A stretch of 64,000 bases of DNA from Owenia fusiformis (taxonomy: Eukaryota), in assembly GCA_903813345.2 (NCBI GenBank), contig CAIIXF020000001.1, positions 48,918,001 to 48,982,000 of the forward strand, read 5' to 3'. The position numbers and the translations under genes are program-made. The notes beneath the pieces were generated by a model. That model made no database searches and was not told the origin of the DNA. It was given only the letters and a program-made list of their open reading frames with translations. Position 1 is the stretch's first letter. Each line of letters opens with the position of its first letter. Of this stretch, positions 1 to 13,400 are shown piece after piece.

Positions 1-1350
1 TGATAAACCACTACTTTGTCATTAATAGAAACTTCGAAAAGTTGCGAATTCGTAAATCAATTGTTGTAACCATGGATATAATGATGTCACAGTTACAGAA
101 TAATGAATTTACGAATTCTTAACTTTACGAAGTTTTTGTTAATGGCCCCCAGGTTAGCAATGTACATTTGAAATAGATGGCACTGTGAATATTTGAACAT
201 TTAGGAAGAAGCCCTTACCATCTAGAATGACATTTAAAAAATATTGGTCTACATTGTATCATGGCCTTTCAAGAGAAAACCTACGATTGTATACAATATG
301 TTAAAAATATTTTCAAAAATAATGTTTTTCTCCAAAAAATATATCGAAGCATATATGCACTAAAAATATTTGATGTTCGCGTTGCACTTTAAAACGTCAG
401 ATAAAATAGTAAGAAATGGAAGGATAGCTGCTATTGTGTGATGACTTCTTACTATTAATAACACACCCATGAAAACAAGTCAGGCAATTTTTTTTATTTA
501 CTTTGCATTAAGAGCCATGGTATACTGAAAAATCTATGCCCTACATTACATTTACAAAGGGTTTGACTGTTTCTTAAGTAGTGACTTCTCACTCTGACCA
601 TGTTCTAATGTGGATCCTTTTGAAACCATTTTTTATGAAATATTGATAACATTGTAACTAAGAAGAGGGAAAACCCTAGGGTTCACAGAAGACAATATGC
701 CTATAATGTAAATGTGTGTAGAGAAGACATATCAACCTTGATTGGTCAAATCGACAGACAAATGATGTCATTCATGAGTGGTTACAAAATTTTCTAAAAT
801 CGCTTCAAATAATATTATGTGAATTTCTGTAGTGTTCACCAATATCATAACTTGTTCTTTCACATCAAGATAAAGAAAGATGTAAGGAATATGCAGACAT
901 CAATTAAAACATCTCAACGACATGTGGTATTCAGAAACTAGCAGGTGAAAATTTGGACAAACGAAAGTGGTAAGCAAGAGACGTAATCATGTCTGTCATC
1001 TCTCAGTTCTGGGGTTTTCCCTCCTCTTATTGTGACTACGATTAAATTCCCAACTTTTTGCATTCAGACAATTACAAGACTTCATTTATTACTCATTGTA
1101 GCAAAATTAAACATTGCGTCCATATGAACTATAAAATCGATGAGTTCAAATTGTGTATCCCTTCTCAAAAAGATATTCAATATGGTAAATCCACTGCGTA
1201 AAACTGCATTATGGAAAAATTCTCTTGTATATAATATTTACACATATTTACAGTATATGCATAAAATGCTAAAAACTTGGTGTAAATGTATGGATTAGAC
1301 GTATAGATATGATTCTATTGTACTGTAGTTAAATGTCTCGAGTCACTGCT

Positions 1351-1417
1351 TTACATCAGGTTGCTGTCTAAATGCTTCAGATATTTATTCTCCACCAACT
1401 TGGGCATAATTTTGTGT
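1351..1417 (-). CDS. SLC4A11: Last coding exon ([21 protein letters not shown])
   Basis: ttccag acceptor, phase 2 matches upstream exon, TAA at 1351-1353; absent from ORF track. Confidence 0.88.
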
Positions 1418-4400
1418 CTGGAATTACAAACAAGGCACATCATGAGAGAAATAAATGAAATCACACCACCTAGAAAAAACCTCATGAGGAATTGTAGAGC
1501 ATCGTCATCTTGATTCACAAGGTTTTATTTGTTTCTATCTCAAAACCCAGTGGAAAGCGATGATGGAGCTTCGTACAATCTTACATTTGTTTTAATTTGT
1601 AGTAAATCAGTTGAGCAGTTTTCTAGAAATCACATTTCAACAGTGTTCTCCCTCCCTAAAAAAAATTTCAACTGGGTGCTTACTTCACTCATTTTTCAAA
1701 TCAGAAGTTGAAGTGCAGGGTGTCAACTAGGGTAGGGGGGGGGGGGCTTTGGTTTCAAGTAGGAGGGCTCCCGGTAAAAGTGACATGGGGAGATCACTGC
1801 ATTACAAAAAAAAAACTATTCATTTGATAAATATTCAAAATGGTCATCTAGATGACAAGAAATATTCTAAAATGATACTCCTGTTCACATATGTAATGTT
1901 ATTATAATCTGACCTTGTATTCTGATAACAAAGAAATCTCAAATTTAACGAGTGAAGATCTCCAAAATGGTAAAATCCACAAACCTGATTGGCATCAGCA
2001 GCATGAGTAATATTGGGAAGACCATCTTCAAGTAAGCAAAGTTATTAAAGCCAACTGCACATAGCACCACCAGTTGGAACAGCTGCATGGCTGTAAATGT
2101 ATGAATCTTCCTCTGTGGAACATTCCGGATGTAATGGTTGGGTGGGTAGGCTGACTGAAAATGACAAAAAATATATGGGGTCATTTGATAAGATAACAAG
2201 GCATCTACTTCTTTTTAAGGTTAACATTAACAAGAGAAATTGGGAATCATTCACAATGGCAAGCAGTAGATTTGCCCTTGATATTGGGTAAAATTCAAAA
2301 ATTAGTCCTTCTTAAAGTCTATGTTTCATTGATGATTTACCTCAAATGGTGAAAATATACTTCATTAAATTGTTCAGTTTCTCCGAAATAAAGCAAAATG
2401 ACATCAAGCCAAGTGGTTCAAAATACCTGCTCAGTGAACAACAGTGTTAGCCTCTCATACATCTGGTTGCCATAGAGAGCAGTGATGGCAACATAGAGGA
2501 AGAGTCCATCTAGGACAGCAGGGGGGATGTAAGTAAGAGGTATTGGCAGCATCAGCAGTGAGACACCTATCAGCACATGAGATATAATAGCTGTCAATCT
2601 TGTTTCACGCACTTTCACAATCCTTAAAATAAAAAAATGAACAGTATTAGCCAAATTAGATATTATTTTCATATTTAGATTAAAGATTTAGATTTTGCAA
2701 GCCATATTTTTTGTCAATTGTCAATTGTCAGCAATGATCTAAGATACATGTAAGTATTGTGTTGAAATGGCTTTAAGCAAGCTATTTTGGTTGATTTATT
2801 GGGGACTTTTTAAGTTCAAAGAGCTTTGTTTTAAAGTTCAAAGAGCTTTGTTTGATAAATCAAACATGAGAATGATAAAGATCAAAAAGAAGTGAATAAT
2901 ATACAAGTCTATTGTTCCAGCCAATGAATTCATACACAGGTATGCCAAATATGCAGAAACTCAATGTTACTCATTGCAACTCATTGATTACCATCTACCA
3001 AACCTACCGAGGCATTGTTCTATACTGGCATATATATATTTCAAAGGAAATCACTTCAAATACATCCGATATTAAATACATGTCAATCAATTTTGATATA
3101 ATAAATATAATTATTGAAGTGTCAATTGTTGTTATAAATATCTTGTACACATGAATCTGTTAGAAAATTAAAAAAATAGCACATATCTCAAAGAAGATAT
3201 GTTGTTTACAGTACTTACAGTTGGTAAACATGGCCGTGGTCCACTCTCTCTTCAATATCAGCCAGAGCTTTGACATGGAGGGGTGAGTGAGGAAGGGCAG
3301 CGTGTACCCATGGTAAACAGAACACAGACAGTACCCCATTCACTATAGCAACAACAAGTAGGTCTAGATGGTATGCACAACCCTTCTTCAACCTAAAATA
3401 TGAATACAAGGTCATTAGTCATTACAATATACATTTTCAAAAAAATTATTGGTTACAATGAGTATGATATTATACCACTTGACATGATAACAAGAGGATG
3501 TGTATTCCAAAAACTTCCAAAAAAAGGTCCCAAAAACTGTCCATGTATGTATCCTGAATTTAGTTAGACACATACACTGTATGGTACAATGATACTACCA
3601 TCCTACAAACGCAAAGCACCAGGAAACGTTCCTTCATCGAAAGAAGAATGCAAAAAGTTGTGGATAAGTTCTAGATCATCAGAGGATGGTATAGAACAAG
3701 TGGCCAAAATCATATATGGTGACCAATACCTAATGCTTTCATAAGGGAGAATAAGGGAGCACCTAGAAAATAAGATATACATGTCCAGTATATATATATA
3801 TATGCTCAAAAGTACAACTGTTCTTACTTGTTCTGTGGTGAGTTGACCATGGCACTGGATATATTCTGATCCATAAAGAACAGAAGAGAGAGAGAGAATC
3901 CCAGACCAGCTGCAGCAAATATTCCCCCTATTGGTAGGTTACCAAATGGACACAATTGAAACAGGTCCCAGCCAGCATTGAATTTAAACTTCTCACCTAC
4001 AAAGCAATAAAGTATACATTCCAAGTTGGTGTAAAGTGAAAAGGTGTACAGTAATTGTGATATAGAAAAAACTTTCACAAAAGCTCACTTTTATCTCAAA
4101 TCAAATTGAATCAGAATGTGTCATAAAAAATCGAGAAACAACGTTTTCTGCCTAAAAGTAGCTTATATCAATTTCACATCAAATAAAATAAAAGACCCAC
4201 TTTAAAGCTACAGAGATTAAGATCATATCAGTAACAAAATGTTAAAAGTATATGTGATTGTCAGCAAAGTGGTCGAGATTAAGGGGAATAAATAAATAAT
4301 TCTAATTACATTATACATACTAGACATTACTGTAATAGAAAAGAGATCTGACTTACTTTTTACATCCTTGAAGACATAAGATCCGAAGAATGAGAACAGC

Positions 4401-7400
4401 AATACTGAGACAGGCAGGGCATAGTCAGCCAATAGTTCTCTCTTCCCAGCAGTCAGGAATGGCCTGAAATACAATATAGAACAATTGTTGACCTCTACTG
4501 AAGTTGACTGTTACAATTATATCATAACACTGTTAATCTTGCATCAAGACTGGGGGCATGTAAGGGCTTGTAGCTAGACTATAAAACTGTGGACCAAGTC
4601 GATAGATCAAGGTTTACAGTCAGTGGAAAAACTGAATGGTTATCATAAGAAATCAAGATAAAAAAATTAATATACACATTGTACTTTTAGGATGTTTCAT
4701 TCATTACATAAAGTATAAAAGTCCTGAGAACACTTCTGACAGATTTTAAATGCTTATTATAGTCAAATCCTATAAGTACATTCTTAAAGTAACTTTCAAT
4801 GTGAACACCTCCTAATGTAACATATTTCACTTTCTGGTGAAAAATTTCCAAATACTTATCATAAAAACTGATTGGCTTACGTTTGTGTGGAATTGTAGAG
4901 AAAGAGTCCAAGCCACAATGTTCCAAGTGCAAGTAGAAGATACAAGAGGCTGTTCTCTCGTAGACACGTGGGGTAGACATTACACTCATATGTATTGTTG
5001 ATCACTGTATAACTCAACGATGTGTTGTCAAGAGAAGAGCAGTTCACTACACTTGGAAGATTGTTACAGCTCCAATAATTATCATCAAAATCTGTAAAAT
5101 AAATTAGAGGAAAAGTTTCATTGGTGTACTAGAATAGGCTGATACGTCATTTTAAACTTACAAGTCTATCCATTCTAGTGACTCTCTTTTTAATTCCAAT
5201 CCATGTTATGTTCATGTGATTCCAGGTTTTACTTTAAAATCCCAAATAAACATATTTCCCCTCAAAACAAGAGGGGTCAAAAATCGTCATTATCGAGCCA
5301 TGGGGCAATTGAAACAAAAAGATTGTTTTGACTTAAGTCTTGCATGGGCAACTGCGAAACAGTTATAAAACACAACACATTTCTGTCGTCCATTGTATTC
5401 AATCTTTTCCACCATGTTAAGCTTATGAACCATAACTTGAATTGAACTGAGAGGCAAGAACCAAAACCAGAACTGACATATGAGTGACACTACTCTGATT
5501 TTCTATCTTTAATTAAATGACACTTCCAGGTTCTAGTATATGAACTCAATGATCATTTTTAAAATTTAGACAGAATTTAATATAACTGAAAATAGATAAC
5601 CTTCAAATGGCTGTTTAAGTTAATATTTCACTGGGTTTTGAATTCCACTTAAAAGGAAAATAAAAAAAATAGCAAATATGATTGTCCACTTAGACATTGT
5701 TTACTTACTTTTTGCTATGGCTTTGATGCCATCTACAGTGAAGGCTATAGATATGAACAGAGCAAAGATTTCCTCTGTAGATCTGTAAGTGGAAGAGTAA
5801 AAGCAATTTAAAATTACAACATGTTAATAGCTTATGCCTTTAATGTCGAAACATTTTCTTTATTATCAGTGATCTTTCTTGTATTAGAGCTAGTGCCCAG
5901 CCCTGTGCCAATTTGAGATTCTGAAAACACATGAGGACATTAATTTTACTACTGTCTTACCTACTTGACCACTGCATAAGTTTGCTAGCACCTGTGATGG
6001 AGTATATGAGAAGGAAGAAGCAGTTCCAAATGCCTACCCAGCCATACAACGCATAGAAATCTAGATCAAAATCTTCAGCAACACTGTAGATAACTGCAAT
6101 ACAAAACCACATACTTTCATCAAAGACAATTAAGACTAAGGCTATATCATAGAATCATAGAGGTTTTGCCGATGTAATAATGAATTACAAAATCAATATT
6201 CAGTACAAAATAAATTCATTTTCATCTCAACTTTATTCAAAAGTTTTTGGTTTTATTATGAACATTCCTTAAGCAAATGAAATGTTAATCAAAATTTACA
6301 TGAAATAATTTTTAATATTCATATATATTCTGGTAAACTGGTAAATGAATTAAAACCTGGCAAAAGATCGTCACTTACTCTTGGTGTAGAGTGCTAATGG
6401 AGCAGTTGTGAGTAGAACAATGAGAGGTTGGCCTCCTATCAGACCAAACACGAGACCTCCAAATGTCTGAGATACAATCACCTTCTTCACATCTAAATAC
6501 AACATATATAATACATGTATTTCTCACATTCACATAACGTTAACATCGAAAATCAATAATGATTTTTAAACTTTTTTCATTGATGTAAAATTTGATGTGA
6601 TCAGTTTGTCATCCCCTTTACGCATAACTAGAAAATTATCAGATGGGAATGTGTGTTTGGGGAAACACCACTTCAGTTTTTCATGATGTAATCTCCAGTT
6701 AAATACAAAATAATCAGTTCTCTGATCGGTAAGCTGTAAATAACCTTAACAGTATACCATATAATGCAATATAGATTAAAAATATTTGACAGTACAAATA
6801 TCTTTACATTTTCTTTCAGAGGGAATTCTCCTAAAAGTGACAATCATATCATATTTTAAGTTTGCTTTCTTTATAATTTCATCAGGCAAACATTAACTAT
6901 AGCCTATCGAATATGATCTTAATATACTATAGAATTTGATCAATCAACCTCTAGAGAGATTAATAACTATATGTGTACTGATTGTACTGTGAACAGAGTT
7001 TGTGCTTTTATTACCTAGTTTCCCATGAGTGTTGTTATAGTTGAGTACACCTAAAGCAATATCAGGTAAGAGACATGCTACATACAGGAACATGGTGGTT
7101 GAGGCCAACTTAGACAGAGCCTTTGGACCAATCACACCTGAAATTTGGGATACATTTTATTCCTTTTTATTAACATTAAGACAAAAAATTAGGGTATGAG
7201 GTACAAAATATATTGATAGCCATTTCCTCGTAAAAACATAACCTAATACAACATTATATTTTATTCAAAGTACAATGTATTTTATAATTGACATTGACAT
7301 TATTTGTAAATGTGTTAAAACACAACATTCATAGAACTTTGCTGTTTACTAAGAAACTGTAGTGGATTTATAATTGGTGCATCTCATTCCAAATTAAAGT

Positions 7401-10400
7401 CTGTTATTGACAAAATATTGAGAAACATCTCTAAATGCATCCCCAAATCAACAAGGCTGCATAGGTTGTGGTTCCGATGTGCTTCTCTGCACTTCATTAA
7501 AATGATGATTGTTTCAATGATAAACTCACCATCTTTGTAATCTGACCAGTAATGTGGAGCTCTCCGTCTGATGTCAGCTAGAAGACCTTGCCCAATATTA
7601 CACGCACCCCCAGGCTGAAATATTTGAATTTCAATGTAAATAATCAGTAAATTTGAGTGGAGTAATACATTTTCTATATGCTTATCAAATGTTCTAGTTT
7701 TTGTTCTGCATTACAGAATTGCATTAAAACTAAATGTGTATGATAATGCTATCTATTAAAATGTGCGAGTTATCGTATAAAATACACATACTGACCATTT
7801 AAATACTTTATAAATTTTTTATAGAATTATAGTTATATTAATGCAGGAAAGAATAATTAAAAAACCTGTACATGCATATTGTAAACAGGCCCATAGCCAG
7901 GGGTGATTGGATGGATTCGAGGGAAACCCCCCTGGCCAAAAGATCTTTCAAAATTATGCAGTCTTTCACCATTCTGAGCACTTTTTAAGTGATTTCGACC
8001 ATATTGGACCAAAATTGTCACAAGTGAAACCCCCCTGGAATTTTTCAAAAAGTGAACCCCCCTTGGCAAATCCTGGCTACGGGCCTGGTAAAAAGCACCC
8101 ACCTCTTGTTCAAAAGGATTGTGACTGGACAGCGCCTTCTTGCTCGGGTTTCCCTGTTCTCCAGCCAGCTCCTTGGTATGCCTTACTAGCAGTTCTTTGA
8201 AGTCTTCTTGTTTAGCGTCAAGAAGATTTTGACGGAATTCCATATCTGCGAATATTGTGGCAAAAGTTCTTCCAGTTTCTAAACCAGTTTTTGTGCCTTT
8301 CTGTAAAGTAGGATATCAGATAAAGAATTATTCACTTTTTAGATTTGGGATAGCCATGAATGGAGGCCATTAAAATCATTGGAACTTTTATACCCTCATA
8401 TCTATGGGATTCTAGTATTTTTCATTTAAATTCTACTTATTTAAGCTAGTTGTCCAATTTTCAACTTTTCAAACTTCACTCACTTCACATTGCCCGACTT
8501 CTCAAAATTCTCAAGTTCTTAAATTCTCTGGTTTATCCTGGTGAGGTAATGACTTTTCTCTAATCATGGAAATTATGTATATAATATAAATGGTCAGAAG
8601 TAAAAGGATCATAAGAAGATCATAGGCGAAGATGATCATGCATTCTATTATCAAATCATTGCAAGCAATCTCCCACTAAATCCACCCTAAAAGGCAGTCC
8701 AATGAATCTTAACCATGTGGGCAATACCAAAAGCCCTACAGTTTCCTTTGTAACATGCATCCATATTTCTAGTGGTCAATATTCAATGGATGACCATTAC
8801 CAATGGAGTTATCTTACAAACCTCTTTTGTTGGAGCAAGGACCAGAATCACAAACACAACCTCTTGACATGATCGGCCAAAGTTTGCTGGTGTTTTCAGT
8901 CTTCCTATGGCAACATGCCTGGTCGCTAAGGCAGGAAGGGTGCACCTTGAAATCATTGAAAAACACCATTATTTATAATTTCTTGTAAAGTAGGGAATTT
9001 GTTCACTTGAAAGGATGTATTTTACAGACTAGTGCCTCATGAAATACAGACCTTCTCTTGCAGAATATTTTATATATTTGACTCAAATCAGGAAACAATT
9101 TATTTGAAGTATTGCATAACGTTGAAATTACAGAATTAAAAAGTACTTTTTAACTTTTGATTTATCATTGAGAAAACATATAGATTTTCATATTTTATGT
9201 CTTACAAATATGTAACATTTTAGTGAGGCTAACCAATTGCCTCGCCTACGTCATAGTTAGCTACACTCAAAGAGGTAAAAATACATACATGGCACATATC
9301 CAAGACTGGTCGTAATCAAAACCTCCATCACTAGAACTGGTTCCTTGGATCGTCTTTGACAACTGTCGAACTGGAAAGTAGAATACACAACAAATAGAAC
9401 GATGTCGATATGTATGGGAGGGGGAGAAGGGGTTTGGAAGTTTGAGAATTTTTATGCATTTCATGATTCATTATTCTCTAGCAGTTTGATGTACAATTGT
9501 TTCAATTATTATGGGTTCAGGAAAGTTTTCAGAAATGTTTATTTCCAAAATGAATGAATCATTTCTAAATATAGCAAAAATATGCTATATACTAGTACAT
9601 GTTTATTAAACTGTCCTTGATTCTTTTTTATGCCAAAATATCTCTATAACTGAATCTCTTATACATCTTCTTTTAAACACTACACATACATTTGATATAA
9701 ATGATAAATCATAGTTATATTTTTTCAATGTCAGATTCTCTTTCATAGTAAAGGCAAGCACCTTTTATATCATCAGGTTATAAAAATGATGATTCAAAAT
9801 ACTGAATGAAATATTTCATATGCTTACTGGGTCACTGATTCTTAAAATATATTAACAATAAAATCTGTATTTTACAATTTTTTCAAACCGTTGAACACAG
9901 GGATGTAAAGCTAATACATGTATAGGTAAAAAGTTTTTAAACAAGTAGAATTAGGACCACCGGGTCATCTTTACAAAATTAAATCTACAAAATATAAATT
10001 TTCAAGAGAAATAATGACACACAAAGCACTTGTGCTTCCTCCTAGAATTCATTATGCTACCACTACTGCTAAGTATCAGACATAAAGAAATCAAATCCAA
10101 AGTTCAGTTTCATATTGGTGCACTGATAGGTAAAAGATAGGTTCTGATACCACAGCTGTGGAAAAAGGATAAGCGACTGTGAATCATGACAGAAAACAAG
10201 CAATTGAAAAAGAACTCGATATGAATGTGATATTTCAAAAAACAAACGCATAACTGAATTAGCGGAATGCAATCTATGATTAATTAATTCAATTAAAAAC
10301 TTATTAATGGTGCATTCAAATCTAAATGTCTTTCTACAGGTTTTTTGAATATTAAAAAGGATTTCATTATTTATATTTATGCTAAATACCACAAAATAAC

Positions 10401-13400
10401 ACTTTATGTATCATACAATATTTAACAAAAAACAACTATATCATAACATATACTGTTTACACTAAATATTCTGAATATAATAACAATGATAAGGTGAATA
10501 AAGAAACATATCAATTCATCTAAAACCAAATCAAACTTAATGTTTTCTCTATATCCACCCAAATCATGTAATTATACATAATTGATATTAATAATAATGA
10601 ATAACCTAAATAATATAATTACATATCTGTGAATAATATTATTTAGATTTACAAAAAAGGATTTTAACCCTCCACAAATCAAACTTTTACTTTTCATCAG
10701 TTATACTACATAATGGCAACTTATAAAGCCTCAAACAAGACTGCCAGTCAGTATTTCTCGAAATGTCCACCATACTAGATGAACTGCCAAATATTAATGC
10801 GTTTTCCCTGCATGTGGTTTCTTAAAAAATACCAACAAAATCGCTCCCAAAAAGGGCAAACACTTTTGAAAACGTCACAAGACATTGTATCATGACAGAA
10901 GGCATTCTCTAAATCGCAATAATTATGATTTGTGTTCAAAAAAATATGTGAGGAGGTTCCTAGAGGATGTCCTACTTTAGGTAAATGACAATGTCTGTGT
11001 AGAAACTAGTATCAGTGGTACTATATATGTGGAGATATAACTGATACCTAGTCTTGCATCTAGCCTCTGGTCACATCCCACATCTGTTTCCAAACCTACT
11101 GTTATAGAAAATGGTGGGTGGGGGTCTCACAGGGACTAAATACAAGATTAAATGATACCTAAATACTGTAGAGGTTATTCTAGAGACACAACACTATTAT
11201 TTATTTGCAACATAAGATATTCAATTCGACTACTTCACAAGACTGGATATTTTTTATCTAACCCTTACCTCCTCTGTATGGAGTCGCTGGAAAATGAATG
11301 GCAATTGATAACTTAATCAAAAAGCTGTGATATAATCGATGATCAATGCCAAAAATGTGGAAACTCAAACATCAAAGACACTATTATTCATACCTAACAT
11401 ACAGTTCCTGTGGCTCTCCCCAACAATTATTATAATTACTGTATATACAAGTATCAGTATGAACTAAAATACAGTCGACAAAATTGCCTGATTCAACTTG
11501 CATGCTATTTACTCTTTAATCAACCTATTTGTCGAAAGTGACAGAAAGCAATGAAGTAACATTACAAGAATTCTATAAATTAGATTATCAGGAAACAAGT
11601 TCTTCCCCTATTCCGTTTTGTTCTTGAATAAGGATGATTTTCATGAATTACCATCAAAATAAGATTCCGATAATAAAGTAAGTGTATTTCAAAATATTTC
11701 TGACGGTTAGTTTATAGTAAATTCGTACAATAAAAAATTATGCCTCCCTAATCGCAATGTATCAACAATTGCACATCAGAATTTTAGCAAGAACAGCACA
11801 TAATAAAAAGTTGCATGCAACATTTTTAACAAAGTATTTAACGCCATATACAGTACATAATAACAAGAGGCGCAGTATTGATTTTGCATCCTTTTTGTTC
11901 ATATTTCTTATAACTTGATCTGAATGTATTTTTGTAGCAGGGCTATTGATGAATATTATCAAAGAGTGTCACTTTCCTTAGTCATAGGTCTTTGTCTCTT
12001 AATCATATCAATATTATAAATATGAAAAGCATTAATAAAAGCATTAATACTATCTTTCATGGATATGTCACTATTAGAGAAATAAGGGCAAGGAATAATT
12101 AACAATGTGCCAGTTCTGCTTATTCTAATATATAAATATGCGATGTCACAATTACTAGAACAATTGATTAATTGATTTACTTGTCTATGATGGGGTATGT
12201 ATGACAAATAATTTTCATTATAGACCAGTAAATATGTATGGAAGGCTGTAAAGAAGGAGACAACACTTTCATTGAGCTTTTCAAAGAGGACTGATCAATT
12301 TGCTCAACACCAACCAACTTATATGTGATATCACACTGGCGGATTAGGCCAGGCTAGTCCCCTCTGAGCCTTTTATTAATTATAGTCCAAATTATCAAGA
12401 AAACAGGCCTTAAATTTTCATTTGGGCCAAATTTTAGGTTTTAAGGGCCTAAAATATATTTCAGGATTTTCTTCAGACTTGAATTTTGGTCCCCCTTGTT
12501 AGTTTTCAGCTCCGCCCCTGTATCAGCTTCATTATTGATGGTTCATTCAATTTATTTATGCAGAGGAATCCGGCGAATAAAATGTCCATAACATTGTGAA
12601 ATTTTCTGATTGAAATAATTTGAATTAGAAAAATTTAGGAAATGGAATGCTACTATAAAATAAGAATCGTAACAAAGACCTTGATTCTATGATTTATGGA
12701 AAAAATGCTTTACCGCAATTTCCAACTTTTAACGTTGAGCAAAACCATTAACTATAGAATCTCCATTTCTTTTCCTTAATAGCTACACTTGCAGATTTCG
12801 TGGATTTCATACAAAAGCAAAAAAATTAAGAGAGAAAAATCAGATTGTGTGCTTCAACAATACATCACACATTTAAATTGGAGAGAAATAAATTAATACG
12901 GTTGAACATGAAGTGACATACAATTAGATAATGTGACATACGACAGAATAATGTGACATATAATTGAATAATGTGACATACCTGAGTCATGTGTGAACAG
13001 TGCTGATATGACATCCTCCTCTGTACAATCAGGCTCCTCTAAGTCTATAAGCTTGTGAGTGAGTGTTTTCATAATGGCTTCAAGATTCGTCTCATGTATG
13101 TCCACAAAACATACTTCCTTCTGGTTGATGAATTTTTCCACATCTAGCGTGGCTCTGACTTCCGCAGAGAAATCTTTCATAGGAATTCTCTGCAAGTCGA
13201 GTTCAATAAGATTAATAATTGTGTCACATTTCATATTGAAAACTCCCGGATCAGTCTTATTTCTTTAATGAGATAAGACAGATCGACTTTGTATAACCTG
13301 TTTGATTTGTACTCTAATCATTTAAGACTTGACTAACCCAAAGGCAAGAGCTTTGGTAACGCCATATCAAAAATGGCAGGGAAAAGTCTTTGATTGATCT

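Noticed and set aside
490..1090. Minus-strand AATAAA candidates near 1085-1090 and 493-498
   Set aside because: Common by chance in AT-rich DNA; the poly(A) site cannot be chosen without transcript data
4687..4989. 100-aa minus-strand ORF
   Set aside because: Overlaps the true exon 4881-5091 in the wrong frame
7907..8200. 97-aa plus-strand ORF
   Set aside because: Antisense to an exon plus MITE sequence
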